Assembly (NCBI GenBank): GCA_020137815.1
Contig: CM035359.1
Span: 4,650,001 to 4,714,000 of the forward strand
Reading direction: 5' to 3'
Length of the DNA stretch: 64,000 nucleotides
Source: Hormiphora californensis
Taxonomy: Eukaryota > Animalia > Ctenophora
Position 1 is the stretch's first letter, and every line of letters begins with the position of its first letter. The notes beneath the pieces are model-generated. The model did no database searches, was not told the DNA's origin, and saw only the letters and a list, made by a program, of their open reading frames with translations. The translations under genes and the position numbers were made by a program. Positions 49,646 to 64,000 of the stretch are shown one piece after another.

Positions 49646-50322
49646 TATACACTTCTAGCTGTGTATGTGACCAAGCTACCGGAACTGGCTACCGCCCAAA
49701 GAAAAGATCCTGCACCAGTCCAGCGCCCTCCTGTGGGGGAGCAAGTTGCTCTGGTAGCTCAACTAGTAGAGACGACTGCTCCAGCAGCTGCTGTAAAACT
49801 GTCCATGGAGGATGGAGTGGTTGGAGCTACACTTCTAGCTGTGTATGTGACCAAGCTACCGGAACTGGCTACCGCCCAAAGACAAGATCCTGCACCAGTC
49901 CAGCGCCCTCCTGTGGGGGAGCAAGCTGCTCTGGTAGCTCAACTAGTAGAGACGACTGTTCCAGCAGCTGCTGTAAAACTGTCCATGGAGCATGGAGTGG
50001 CTGGTTACCATGGGGTAACTGTTCCTGTGATCATACCACGGGAACCGGAACAAAGCTCCGAAATAGGACATGCACCAGTCCAAGCCCTGCCTGTGGAGGA
50101 GAGACCTGCAGTAGTGGTACGAGTGAGGGGGTGGAGACCATGTCCTGTGACGATGAGTGTTGTAAGACCATCCATGGTGACTGGACTGAGTGGGATGAGT
50201 GGGCGTGCAACTGTGATTTCGAGACCGAGGAAGGTGTGACGGAACGAGAACGGGAGTGTTCCAACCCGACCCCCGCGTGCGGAGGTAAGACGTGCGAGGG
50301 TTATGCTAAAGAAAAACTATAA
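49646..50322 (+). pseudogene. 5'-deleted duplicate of the TSP1-repeat gene
   Basis: Clean 180-bp repeats (YTSSCVCDQATGTGYRPK.RSCTSPAPSCGGASCSG...KTVHGGWSGW) and the same C-terminus; upstream sequence joins directly to the repeats, removing the signal peptide. Confidence 0.75.
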
Positions 50323-50770
50323 CTCTGAAGATTGGTCATGGATCGAATGGTGATCATGTGTAGCGTGTCAAAGACGATTTGTCAACAAAAAAAAAGAAGA
50401 AAAAAAAGCAAAACTCTTTATACTTTTTCTAAGACGTTCTTGGTTGTGATTCTTGGTTGTGTGGTGTGGTGAGTTTGTACCATTTTGCTTGTGCAGTTTA
50501 ATGATGTAATGTGTTTTTTGTTTTCTCTCTCTTTAGACCATGGCTGTTTTCTAGCTACATATATCAATTCGCTTTCAGCTCATTAGACACACATTAATAC
50601 AATGTCACATTTTGATTTGGTAATACGTCATTTGAATTATTACACTAAATGATACAAAAATTAAAAAAACATGTCACGCATCGGTCCATCATATCCACCA
50701 AGCAACAGTTAAAACGAACCGAATGTATGTACATTGCAACTTCCCTTTGTTGAATATTGTGTGATTTAAA

Positions 50771-53700
50771 TCACTTTTTAGCACCGAATGCTGACGTCAG
50801 GGTAGATACATCGAACACCATGGACTCCATCTTAGGAACGGTCCTAACCTTTGTCGCGTGGGGATTTCCAATAACTGCACTGGTCACCGTTAGAGGTGTC
50901 CCCCTTCGTTTCCTCCGAGTACCCGGATGATTTTTCTTCATCACTCCACCCGGTTTTTGAAGCATCTCCAGCACACTTTTTCTCCGCGGTTTCTCATGGC
51001 CCCCATTGGTGCTCTCCGTCGGGCAGCTGTTCCTAGTTTTCAGAGAGTTGGGATCTGATGTTGAGGGGGTCGGGGGAGTTATGACGCTGCACCGCTTATA
51101 CGGCATCAGCAGGGGTGAGGGAGAGGCGGTGGTGACAGGAACGGCCGGCCCACCGTGGGGTGATGTTAGTTTCAGCCCAGATGGTTGGAGCATCACCAGA
51201 GAAATCTTCCGAGGCGGTGAGGGTGGTCGGAGAGATTCCACGGAATGAGCAGTTGGAATTGTTTGTAGGACCTGGGTTTCACTGATAGTCGGTGGTTTGC
51301 TGTTCACCACCTCGTCGGATCCGTCCGCCGCCGTTAGAGAATTAGATGACCGTAACCGTGACAGAAAGTCCCGCTGACTCGCTTCTATAGTTTGTTTAGG
51401 CGGTGAATTGTGGGCCTCTAAAATTGTCTTTGTGTACGCTGATAAACCCCGTTCTAACGTCCGTCGTTTTTTCTGTTTACTGGACGTTGCCCTTCGTAGG
51501 CGGTCCGTTATCGAGTTGGACCGTGGTTTGGCAAACTTTGGAGGTGGTGCTTCACCCGGGCTACCGACCCACACACACGTGGTGACAAACCGTGGGTTGC
51601 TACTGCTAAACGGCACGACAATCTCGCTATACGTTACTCTCCTCCGGTACGCAGCTATCTGTTCCGCGGAGTTCAACCGAGCAGGCTTGCTGTTCCACGG
51701 GAGGGACCCTTTGAATCGGGATCCTTGGAAGTAATACACAACAGGATTCAATATACTATTGATAAAAAGGAAGATAACGCTGGGGAGGAGGTAGACATAG
51801 TGGTGGGATTTGTATCCTAGGGCTTCAGAAGAGGTGAACATGTCGATGAAGGTGTTACAAGGAATCACGTTGAGGGTTTCAAGCAGCGGCTCAAAGCTAC
51901 AATCCAGTAGAGAATGTAGCAGAAGATAAAGGCACAAATAATGATTGCTAGCGTTTGAATTGCTGTTCCCTTGGATTTTGGACCGTGATCTGGGAAAGGA
52001 GGAAGAGGATCATCAGGGCCACTAGATAATTTTAAGAAAATTTAGTCAGGCTACTAATTGGGGTTCACAAACATGTTTTTACACAAAAAATAACAATACA
52101 TAATCGAATATAGTATGATCTGAAAATGAAATACGTACGTTTTACCCCCTCTTGAAGCATAGACCGGACCTCCAACTTTCGGCCAAAGGATGTATTGTTA
52201 AGTCGTAGCAACCGTAAAATGCTGAAAAGGAACTGGATGAAGTTGTTTTCATTACGACCCAATTCAATGTATAAATTAACTTGCTGTGACGTGGTATTAC
52301 CACTGCAGGCAAGAAACCATAAAATCTCACCTTAAAATGCATCCACATTTAGGTTGGTGAGTCTCAGTTTCACTAGGACCACTAAACTGCTCATGATTAT
52401 GACAGCCCCGGGGAGACAGATAGGAACCACGCTAACCCAATGTAGAGATGAATATACCATCCATCGTACTCCTAGAAGACGGGAAATATGCTTTTTGTCA
52501 AACTGAAATTGTTTAATATACAACATTTTGGACAAAAAGAATTTTGGCTTCATCAGTATGTGCAGTACCTCGTGAAGAGAGGTGATTTTGTATTGGCAGC
52601 TTGCCACGATTGGAATGAACTCATAATCCGTTCCAGTGAAAAAGGGAATAAGGGAGAAGAGGAGGCCGATAACCAGCAAACTCCTATTATAATAAGGTTG
52701 TTTCTGCCCTTCCTCCAACACTTCTTCATAAACGGGAACCCCAATACCAGTGCTCGTGTTACGCTGATCATGGGAATGTAGATTAGATGTTAGTGGGGGC
52801 GTCAATTGAAGCGTTTCTGTTCGATGTAAACATTGTAAACCTTGTTATGTTTAAACCCTAAAGAGGCGCGGGTGAAAAAAGGGTATAATGTTACAAGGCT
52901 CAATGTAAACCATGTTATGATAATGGTTTGTATACCTGATGTAGACGATAAGGCAGATACTGGTCCTGGATGCAAGGTTGAAAACCACTCCACTCAGACT
53001 GCACAAACACTGTTTACCTTATCACTGAACAACTGAGTCCGCCTGAAAATATTAAATAGCTGTCAACTCTCCATAGGCATAAGGGTGAGGTATCATACAT
53101 TGTATCATGTAGTTTCCATAAGACATGTTATGATGAAATATTTAATTCTTAACCTTTTTAGATTTACCTCGACCAAAACGCGGAGTTTTTACGTCAGCCG
53201 ACCCGAAACCTGATTAAATTTGGCCACCCGCTGGTCTCAGAGCCTCAAATGTTCAAAATATGTTCTAAATTGTCATTTGGGGTCATTTAGACCTTTTAAT
53301 TACATGTAATTACCCTTTAATTACATGTAAACATTTTAATTACATTAATTACTTCCAATTACATTCCAATTACTCTCGTACCTCGAGAGCTTTCAACGCA
53401 CCCTAGAACACCTTTCTACTCCTGTCAAATTGCACGAGTTTGATGACCCCTATTTTGACTGTTTTTCGCGTCCTACCCCTTATGGGTTTGGGCACACCCA
53501 TCGCCACACCCCCTATACGTCGCGGGACCTCGAGACCTTTCCAACGAGCCATAGAACACCTCTCTACTACTTCAGGGGGCTTCAAAACTTTCACTCTAAA
53601 AATATCTATGGTTATGGTTTTATGGTTTATGGTTATCGACCAAAACGCGGAGTTTTTACGTCAGCCGACCCGAAACCGGATTAAATTTGGCCACCCGCTT

Positions 53701-54796
53701 GTCTCAGGGCCTCCAAAGATGTCAAAATATGTCTGAATTGTCATTTGAGGTCATTTGGACCTTTTAATTACATGTAATTACCCTTTAATTACATGTAATT
53801 ACGCTTTAATTACATGTAATTACTTCCAATTACATTCCAATTACTTCAGCACCTCGAGAGCTTTCGAACGCACCTAGAACACCTTTCTACTCCTTCCAAT
53901 TGCCGAGTTCTGTATACCCCTTATTTTGACTGTTTTTCGCGTCCTACCCCTTATAGGTTTGGGTATGGCCATCGCCACACCCCCTATACGTCGCGGGACC
54001 TCGAGACCTTTCCAACGAGCCATAGAACACCTCTCTACTACTTCAGGGGGCTTCAAAACTTTCACTCTAAAAATATCTATGGTTTTATGGTTATGGTTTA
54101 TGGTTTATGGTTTATGGTTTATGGTTTATGGTTTTTTTTTCATCTGGTATTAAGGGCCTGTCGGCTCGGCCCCGTTGTTTTAGTTTTAGGGGGGATGTTT
54201 TAGGGGGGATGGGTTGAGTTTGGGTTATATTCGGGTCGGGGGGCCTTGCCAGGCCCCGAATCTAAAAATCGGTTGAAAATCGGTTTCTAGAAATTAAAGC
54301 CTAGCTATGCCATATACTCACTCATTAGCCAGCACAGCTGCAGTGAATGGCATCACAAAAACTGAAATTGAAATGTCACATAGAGCGAGATTGAGGAACA
54401 CTGTCACTATTCCTTGGTCCTCATTCTTCCTCTTTCGTCCGTAAAGACTGAGTACACGACATATCACGTGTATCTGTGGGAGAGAGAGAGTGAGTTGCTT
54501 TGCTCGACCCTGTTTCACATTTGTTAATTTTGGTACAATGTTCAACTACCTTCAATGTGAGTAGTCGATTCACACGAGCGAGCTCAATCGATCCAGGACC
54601 GAGAGCAGAAAACAAGTGGTTTTACCAGACAATTGTTTTGATCCATATTAAGTCCAAAAACCAATTAAATAAATTAGTTTGGATGCCCGGGCCCATGTGG
54701 TGTCACGGGGGTAACACCTTTAGGCTACTGCCATAATTAACGGCATATCTCGTTAATTGTTAATTGTTATTATCCTTCAATCTTTCTATCTCTATC

Positions 54797-54885
<89 letters not shown>

Positions 54886-57247
54886 TCTTACACACTATTT
54901 CTCTCTCTCTCTTTCTCTCTCACTGTTTCTTTCACTATATCTCTCTTTTTCTCTCTCCTCTAATCTATCTCTCCGTCTTTCCTGATTATATCTCACTCTT
55001 TCTATCCTAATTTCCTTTGCCTTTATCTCTCTCGATATCCATCATTTATGATAGTAGCCTAAAGGTGTTACCCCCGTGACACCACATGGGCCCGGGCATC
55101 CAAACTAATTTATTTAATTGGTTTTTGGACTTAATTTCTGTTCTTTTTGGTGTTAAATAGAAAAAGCTATTTTTTATGATTTCTGCATATTTTCGAATTT
55201 AAATAGTTCATAAACAGTTGATAAATATGCGAATAACGACTAAACGGTGAGAGATACGACTTTTTGTCAGGGGGACGACCCCCCATAAATCGACTATTTT
55301 GCGCCGGAATATGTCCATGAAAACGTTCTAGGATCAGCCGAAGTGGAAATATTAAGAATATGCATTAAATCATGAATCGGTGCATAAATATGCAAATAAC
55401 GGCTTAACGGTGCCAGATAGAGATTTTTGTCCCGAGTAAGACCCCCCATAAATCGACTATTTTACGTCGAAATATGTCCATGAAAACGTTCTAAGATCAT
55501 CTGAACTGGAAATATTCAGAATATTCATTAAATCATGAATCGGTGCATAAATATGCAAATAACGGCTTAACGGTGCGAGATACGACTTTTTGTCAGGGGA
55601 ACTACCCCCCATAAATCGACTATTTTGCGTCGAAATATGTCCATGAAAACGTTCTAGGACCAGCCGAAGTGAAAATATTGAAAATATGCATAAAATCGTG
55701 AATCGGTGCATAAATATGCAAATAACGGCTTAACGGTGCGAGATAGAGATTTTTGTCCCGAGTAAGACCCCCCATAAATCGACCATTCCGCGTCGAATAA
55801 GACCGGTTTTAATTCTTTATGACCTTCGAGTCGTGTCATATCGCAACCATAGTTTAAATGAATATTTAATGACTAATTAATGAATAATTAATGAACCATG
55901 GCGATTTCGAAGTTCTCACACAGCTATTACCGAGCGCAATGATGTAAGGAACCACTGTTCCAAACGGCAAGTCTCTACTATTTGTGGTTTAGGAGAACAC
56001 TCAAAGATAAAAAAGCGTCCTCCCCCCCCCCCCTCCCCTCCCCCTCCCCCTCCCCTCCCCCTCCTTACATTTTTGCATTTTGGGACCCCTCTGGCAAATT
56101 TTTACCTTACATCCGATCGTTCTGAAAATTTGTATGCCTCTTTTCCTATATGAGGGCCCTCAGAGTACAAAATTTCAGCTCTCTACTTTATCTGTAACAT
56201 GCTTTTTTAAAGCATCAAAAACCCCGAAATCTGCAATGGTATATAGTAGCACTGGCAGGTTTTCACGCGCTTGTGTGTAGAAGTGTTGCGTGTGCTCTCT
56301 CTTTTGTTTTTTGAGTTAGAGGGTATTTCTAAGGTGGGGGCTCTGCCCCCACACCCCCGTTTATGGTGGGGGCTGTGCCCCCACACCCCCCTTTTGGGCC
56401 CGGGGCACTTGCCAGTGCTATGATGGATCTCATCAGTGGAATAAATGATCCTTCTGGATCGAAACAATTGTCTGGTAAAACCACTTGTTTTCATTTGTAC
56501 AATGTTCAACTATTAATCCTTCTGCAAATGTGAGACATGCCGGAATTAGGTTGATCTACTGAACCCCAACAGAGCGCGGCGTGTTCATTTTATGAAATAA
56601 AATACGGTGTGATCTGATCGACACACAGGAATAATATGGTAACCATGGTAACCATGTTGCGTTTATATAAGTTGTTACTATAATGGTAACATCACTTGTT
56701 ATTTGTCTTTAATTTCTTACCGCAATACTGTTTCCAATAGTTCCAAAGATTGATAGGGACGCAACAAACACAGCCAATGCTATATCCAAGTTTCCGTAGG
56801 GCTTTAGTAGCTCTGAAAAGTTTGCCTGATTTAGTGTTTTCAGTTTCGTCATCTGCAGGGAGGCAGCATACACATATGACAAACTAGCTCTATAAAACAT
56901 GTGTCAAACAGCTCCATGCACAATGCAAACAAGTCACTCAGCTAATTGGGCACGTCCCTTTGTGTGAATCACAGAGGGGCGCGAGTTATTACAGTCGGAC
57001 ACCGATTTACCGGGATAACTCCCCCCGATATTTGACCCCGTTATCCGGACAAAACCCTTTCCCCCAAGAAGGATCCCAGTAAATGGGGGTCCGACTGTAT
57101 AATATACCCAATGCAGCGCATACCTAGCTCAACATTCTGATGCAAGTCATCATGATTCAATGGCTCAGCATGGTGGTCCTCAGTACCCGAGTCAAGGGAT
57201 GAGTTGCTATGAAGGGAACAGTCGTACTCGCTGGATAGAAACACCAT
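50771..57247 (-). CDS. Class A (rhodopsin-like) GPCR, multi-exon, long C-terminal tail
   Basis: TM1 SIFGTIGN, TM2 FLNLALCD, TM3 ending ISVTR (DRY equivalent), ECL2 ASCQY, TM5 VVPICLPG, TM7 FINSILNPVVY. Two 1-bp indels near 53015 and 52670. Confidence 0.85.
53169..54130. repeat. ~470-bp tandem duplication in a GPCR intron ending in (GGTTTAT)n
   Basis: Units start TCGACCAAAACGCGG at ~53169 and ~53636. Confidence 0.85.
54647..55135. repeat. 83-bp inverted repeat pair flanking a CT-rich spacer
   Basis: 54647-54729 is the reverse complement of 55053-55135; a solo copy lies at ~8537-8615. Confidence 0.85.
55205..55800. repeat. 163-bp satellite with alternating A/B monomers
   Basis: AACGGTG at 55243, 55406, 55569 and 55732, with alternating diagnostic variants. 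Confidence 0.85.
56992..57097. mobile_element. Short Tc1/mariner-like MITE
   Basis: TA|CAGTCGGAC...GTCCGACTG|TA. Confidence 0.8.
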
Positions 57248-57630
57248 CAGCAGCCTGCATCAGAGTTGCACAGTGATGTAGTTACATGTTGGGGTGCTGG
57301 GATGGTGACATATTCTGGAAATATAGTTGGATGACAATCTGTATTGCAGTCTCTCAGTATAATAGTGGAATATCATAAAACAATGGAGAAATTTTTTGAG
57401 TATTTTGAGGTGGAAATATAGAAAAAACTATCAATATCATAGCATGCTATCAATAATGTTACATGTCGACCTCTAAAACATCTTTATTTACGTCATGTAT
57501 CAATACAGTGCAATGCGGAAATAAAAAACCGGTAGCTGGCAGCAAACAACATAAAATACTATGGGTGGAAATCTAGTTATCATACTACTACCAACCTCCA
57601 TTTTTTCTATCTTTCCTTCCTCTCTCGTTT

Positions 57631-57661
<31 letters not shown>

Positions 57662-58376
57662 TTCATTTTCTTTCTCTTCCTCTCTCTCTCTCTCTAAGCC
57701 TGGCCTGTCCATCTCTCTATCTATATCTCTCTATCACTCCATATTTCTCCCTCCATTATTTTTTGCCAACAATAAAAATGTGGTTTCCATGCGACATAAA
57801 AGAAATTCCTCTAAATCAAATATAATAAAATTCAAAGCTACTGAAAGTTCTTCATGGGTTGAGTTATATGGTTAAATTATTGTAACTCATGTAACTATGA
57901 CAGATATGGCGAAGCAAAACTAATTAATGTTAATTAATGATTTAATTGGGCCTTCTACAGTCATGTTTACACACGCTTTGAATCGAACAAATCGATTCTG
58001 CTATTTAATTTGTACAAAGACTTGAAAGTTATCGAATAATCTAAACTGATCTAACACCACTATACAAACTGAACTGCCGTAAATGAATGAATTTGGCATC
58101 ACATGGAGATACGGGCACGATGTGTATAGTTCATTTTGTGTGAGAAGGGGAGGGGTTTGGCGACGGATTGAGTGAATTAGGTGCTAGACATGACGTAATA
58201 AAACAGTTGAGTTGACCTGCAGCAGTACACATATACCTAGTTGCGAGAATCGATTTGAATTTTGAACTAGGTGTGACGTAAGCCTCTAGATAGAACTCCT
58301 TTGAACCTTGTAACTGGGATAGTTTAGTTCAGCCTAAGCGGCTAGTCGGCCCTTTAACAGTTTATTAAGTGTCAGT

Positions 58377-58748
58377 GTCACCACACACCAACGTTAAAAT
58401 TAAAATTAAAATTTGACGTTTTTGGTCATAACTCTGCCATTTCTTGGCAAAATTGCTTCATTTTGGGCTGGTTGGAAAGAGGGCATCGAGCCCGTTCTGA
58501 AGAGCTCAAGAAACTTAAAATCGGCGCAAAGTGCGCGGCGTTAAGGCGCATAATGCGCACGTTAAAATTTTAAAATTTTAACGCACACATTTTGCACTGT
58601 AACGCCGCGCACTTTGCGCGGATTTCAAGTTTCTTGGGCTGTTCAGAACGGGCTCGATGCCCTCTTTTCAACAAGCCCAAAATGAAGCAATTTTATCAAG
58701 AAATGGCAGAGTTATGACCAAAAACGTCAAATTTTGGTGTGTGGTGAC
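58377..58748. mobile_element. ~370-bp foldback palindrome (MITE-like)
   Basis: Arms are reverse-complementary through the centre GTTAAAATTTTAAAATTTTAAC. Confidence 0.75.
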
Positions 58749-61700
58749 TCCAAAGGTTTCAGATATGTGGATGTTGAATACCAAAGTCTACTTTGGTTGA
58801 GTGCAATATCATATGTTTAATAAAGAATGATTAAATTTTAGAGTAAATTCGAAAAATAAGGTTCACAACGAACGTTGTTGGCTAGACTCACAGATCAATG
58901 GTAAAATGGGGGCGATACCCGCCAAATCAATAGCTGACATGACGGATTACGGACAATGATATAATAAGTGATAGGGCTAAGCGGTCACATCTATCGTTTG
59001 CACTGTGCCCGTGGGAAACGATTTAGGCTCAATACAGTTCGTGAGTCAGACAGTCAAACCTCAATTTACCGGAATCACCAGGGGGATAAGGATATTTTAT
59101 TAAATATGCACTGAACTGCTGTAGACATCACCCACTCACTTCATACACACACAAACACCCACACACATGACCAAGCCTGTACACGAACATTACGGCCCAT
59201 TCGCACGCCCTGAGTAATGCGTCTGGTAAAATTGTGTTGTAATAAGTTTCCAGGGGACTCGCTAGAGATCTTGGTTCTGCGGTGGTTAGAAAAAAGTTTA
59301 CAAAAGGTTTAAAATCTCGGCTCCATCCAATCTAAGTCACAAGATCGAAATTCCTGGGGGACATAAATTTCCTCCGAAATAATAGTTTAAATACGGTAGG
59401 CGGACTCTAGTGCTAACGGACTCTATATCTTAACCCAAGGAGGACTCTATATCTAACCCTAACCTTTACAATAACCCCTAAACTCGAATCCAAATAACGG
59501 CCCTAACACTTCTAAATGAGTATAGAGGCTCAGCATACTCTCGTTTCCGGCCTAACGGCCAAAATCTCGAGTTCGCTTTTTGTGATTTTAGCACAAGAGT
59601 CAGCTTACCATTATCGGCCCCATACCCCATACCGGAATGAGTTTCAATCATGTAGTAGATTTACATCACGTAAAAACTGTACATATAACGAAAACAGCAT
59701 GGAGACCCTGCAACAGCTGCTGTATTCACTGAACCGCAGTAACAATAATAACACATCCTGCAGAAGTGCAATGTGAAGCGAAAATTGGCTCCAGTTGCGA
59801 GTTATAGTACGAGCAATACAAAATAAAATAAGGCACAGTAAAAATAGTGGAGGTGCATCAAAATGCAGTAAAAAGAGTGCGGGACTGGGGTTTCACAGCT
59901 TCTGCATTTCCACATGCGTGTACACTTATAAACAGCAATTAAGAACTCACTAATACACATGCGGGGAGCACTCAGCGCCGCCGGTGAGTTTTCTGAACAT
60001 GTCTTCTGTATATGTGGGAGATGAATAAAATAAGTTTTCACTGTGGCAAAAGGTGTTAACTAGTGCATGTGTCAGTGTTACACATGCGAAACTTGAATAT
60101 ATGAAAACCAGGTGTTTAGGTTTGTTTGTCGAATCAACTTCCATCCAAAAGGGTCACGCGTAGAGGTGCAATCATGGACCTCAAAAATATATCACCTCAC
60201 TTTCTATCACCATTTTCCTGTTTGCATATATCATGGTGGTAATGTATTACGTGTGGTTTGTTATCGAGAAGCGTGCCCGAGTTCACCGCACACACACATG
60301 ATGGCCTCCTGCAAAACCACACATGTGTATAAAGGGCGTAACAAGTGGTGAACCTGACGTGAGAACACCAGCTAGTGATAATTGTCATGGCGACACAAGC
60401 CATGGATGAATAATTCTCGTCAGATACTATTATCGGTAGAATTAGAAATCAGTGTATTATTCGGCATAAGTGTGTGTAATCACTGAGCCATTGATGACTG
60501 TCATCATGACATCATGACATCTGAAAAATGTGATGCCTCAGATTCTGATATGAGTCGTATCAGAATCTGACCAGAATCACACTAAAATTTAACTGTCTCA
60601 TTCAGCAGCTGCATATAAAACCCACGTGGAGCCTTTAGTGATTCAAAGTACGTGATTCAGAGCAATTTTCGGCAAAACTAAACTGACAAACTCGGGCCTG
60701 GCTGGAACTCTAAACGACTTTAAACACAAATTGAAATTTAGAGTACAATTAGCGCTACATGCAACACAGCCAACACGTACGTTATACTGAGAGCTATTGC
60801 CAAGGGAGAAGCTATAATACGTTTTAGAGAGAAAAACAGAGCAGACATGTCAGGTATATATATTATAACACAAAGCATATAGTTTAGTTAGGAAAGTTAT
60901 CACCAATTAGACAACAAGGGAAAATAAAACATGATAAAACATTGCTGTAAGCTAGCCGAAACACAATGACATTATACATGCCAATACAGCTCGACCGACT
61001 GAGTAATAATTGATGGTGAGGTATTATAGACCATGTAAAGGGTGACACGTGTTATGCCACGTTCCAGCCAAGGAATGAACACGTACCTGCACTTCCACAT
61101 GTGTCCAATATATGACCTATCTGGAAGGGCAAATGTAAAGCGCAAATAGATCACATATATTGACGGGTTTTCCCTGGCTCCATTCCAGCTGGTTTTATTC
61201 CTGGGAGTTCTAATAGAACTTCTATCATGAGGGATCCATAATCTGCAGCCTTAGCTAATGTGCAGCCTTATAAGGCTGCACATTAGCTAAGGCTGCAGGC
61301 TATAGCTAATAGTACATACCTAATACTAAATTTACAAGATATAGTGAAAAGTGATTATTGATCTGTTTACTGTATCCGGTACTTTAGGCTAAGGTTGTCG
61401 TTTGCTATGGTCCGGTCCGTCACCATTTCCATCAGAGGACACCGTGGACGGCTGAGGGCAGAAGGCAGCAGCGGTCGGGATGACAGTATCTACCAAATAG
61501 ACTAAATCTGTTTTCTGTATAAATTATTGACCCCGTTTGTTTAATTTATTAGTGTCATTGTTAGTGTGTGTACCACTATTTATATTCAAGGCCAATATCG
61601 GCCGACCCATCAAAAAAAAGTTTACTGGAATAAAACTAAATTTAAATTTTGGATTTTACATCAATTTACATCAAAATAAATTAAGTTTAACACAGGTCGT

Positions 61701-62185
61701 TATTTAACCATTAGTTTAGGTAACACCGAATCTAAATCGAATCGGTAATGAACAAAGTCATGAAGTTCTCATGAATTTCACATGAATTTCACATCGGATT
61801 CTGTCCCAGAATCGAGCATGATATACAGCAGTTGGACATGAAGAAACAAAAGAACTCAACTTCAGATGATACACGACGCTCCAGACCAACAATTATAAAG
61901 GAGGTGTGTAACTATACGCACCATATTCAAGGAACTATATAATTTGCTGCAAAGCGGCACGACCTCTGAATTAAGAAAATTTTCATCTCCCCTACCCTTC
62001 CTAGACCTCCCCCCCCCCCCTCCCACTATATGGTATCTCACGTAGTCATGTGCAGGCACACAGACATTATAAAGAACCCTATAATAGGCGTCGAGGTGTC
62101 TATTGGAGCTTGGTTTTATATTTTCTCCGAATATCTTTCCCTCTCTATCTTCCCCTATGTCTATCTCTATCTTCCCCTATGTCTA

Positions 62186-62237
<52 letters not shown>

Positions 62238-62243
62238 TCTTTC

Positions 62244-62298
<55 letters not shown>

Positions 62299-63102
62299 AT
62301 CTCTCTCTCTTAGAATATTCACAGGGATGTGTGTCTGTGATGTGGTTAACGCAAGATATTCTCTATAGAAAATTATTATTTGACTAAAATTAAATATTCC
62401 GGCATCAATATGAGGTATACAGTATAACAGGATACTGGTGGCTTTTATAATGGCAAATAATATATTTACTATACTGGGTGAGCATCCTAATTCTAAAGAT
62501 ACCATTGGTCATAACCATACCAATGATCATAACCATAATAATATGATCGTCATAGTAATATTAGCAGACAATAGAAAAATGAATTTGGGAGGACTATATA
62601 GTTGCCATAGAAACTACACACGTAAATGCCAAGCCCAAAAGATGAATCGGTTAACTCTGCAGCTAATCATCTGCGAGATCACTAGAATGACTGTTATAGT
62701 CTGCTCTATTTTATTTTGGAAATGGATGTCGTCGATCTTATCCAGGAGAGATCTTGCCATGCATAACGGCGTGCGGTTTTGCGAATGCAGATCAGTTATC
62801 ATATTATCATATCAACATGACTACCATTTAATTTTAATTTTTAGGCAAACCGGCCCGGTTGAAATGGTAAACGGTGTTGTACTGTTGTGACTCTGTCAAA
62901 GGAAATATTGGAAGTAGGAAACGACCGACACAAGTAAACAACCATTGGTTGAACCAATCAGAGCTCGTTATTTAGGTCACGTGACTCAGTGACTGGTTAT
63001 CAGCCAATCAGGGACCAGTATTTCCTGATTTGTTCGGTTCCTGATTGGAAGGATATAAAGCTGAACGCTCCTTTGATCTTCGTCATAGATCAAGCATATT
63101 AA

Positions 63103-63984
63103 CCCTTTGGAGACGATTGGGTCACAGGTGACCCAATACTTTGAACCCATTTAGCGTCTTTCTAGACCACGTTTGAAAGTTTTAAATTGTTTCCAGGGTT
63201 GAAACATACATTTTTCTACCATTTTGAGGTCGTTTTGAGCCTCTGAAGTCGTCGACTTCGGAAAACAGGGCTAAAACAGTGCATTTGGTAGGCAAAATGT
63301 GTAGTTTAATGGCCATATCTCAAAATTGGTACGAGTATCCTTAAAATGGACTTGGAAAATGCAAGAAAAGTGTATATTTTACTCCGGGGTAAAGTTTCAG
63401 GGTGATATTGCAAAGTTTGTGCCTCTCAGAGGCCTTCAAAGTGCTGGGTCACCTGTGACCCAATCGTCCCCTAACGCTAAAACAGAAATTTGCATTTTAC
63501 GAGCATTTCTAAAGGAATGGCCGCCGATAAAAGTCCAAAACGGCATTTTTTAAACAGGTGCTAGCGACTAACCGACTCCATCATTGTTATCTCAACATCC
63601 AAGGGAGTCGATAAAAAAATTTGTGAGATCCGTGCTCCTTCAGAAAATTTTTCATCTCGGCCAATTTTGAAATTCTAAAATCGGCTACAGATGAGATAGA
63701 GAGGTCCATAGGGTGTGCAAAATGTGCAGAACGGCCGGGTTTATATAAGTGTTATGAAGAAACATAGGGCCTAAAATGAACAGTTTTCGAGTTATGGGGC
63801 AAAATAGCTGCGAAATCTCAATTCCTGTTTTAGCGTTAGGGGACGATTGGGTCACAGGTGACCCAATAGAAATACAGGTGGTAGAATCGAAATTCCTTTT
63901 CCTACGTTTAAGTAGGTTCAAAGTAAGTGTCTCCAGAAAGTTTTAGAGAATTCTGTCGACAGGGGGCTTATCGTCCCCAAAGGG
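63103..63984. mobile_element. Non-autonomous piggyBac-type element
   Basis: TTAA|CCCTTTGGAGACGAT...ATCGTCCCCAAAGGG|TTAA with internal repeats of GGGTCACAGGTGACCC. Confidence 0.88.
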
Positions 63985-64000
63985 TTAAGCGAAGAAGAAG

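Noticed and set aside
49661-50239. 192-aa ORF in the track
   Set aside because: Wrong frame of the TSP1 repeats.
58800-62900. Short ORFs in the region upstream of the GPCR
   Set aside because: No recognisable motifs or consistent exon chain found.

Overview
AT-rich, repeat-dense animal genomic DNA, probably from a ctenophore (a spliced-leader-like 43-mer and an SVTR-type GPCR suggest this). Some stretches look error-prone, with homopolymer indels. Host content: a multi-exon JIP3/JIP4-like scaffold gene (+, ~4.8-20.2 kb), a secreted thrombospondin-repeat gene and its truncated duplicate, a class A GPCR (-, 50.8-57.2 kb), and many MITE, Helitron, LINE and satellite repeats. The centre is a complete 23.5-kb Polinton/Maverick (25306-48834). 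It has AGTAGT...ACTACT TIRs and a 6-bp TTCTTG target-site duplication, and the matching empty site is present at 50437. The element is bipartite. The integrase, ATPase, protease and capsid genes show no introns. The DNA polymerase B is split by 14 short GT-AG introns (15 exons splicing to an intact 1243-aa protein). About ten further small, intron-containing genes lie beside it, each with a 3' splice-acceptor-like site 1-8 nt before its ATG. This suggests an endogenous DNA virus whose early genes depend on host splicing, possibly spliced-leader trans-splicing.
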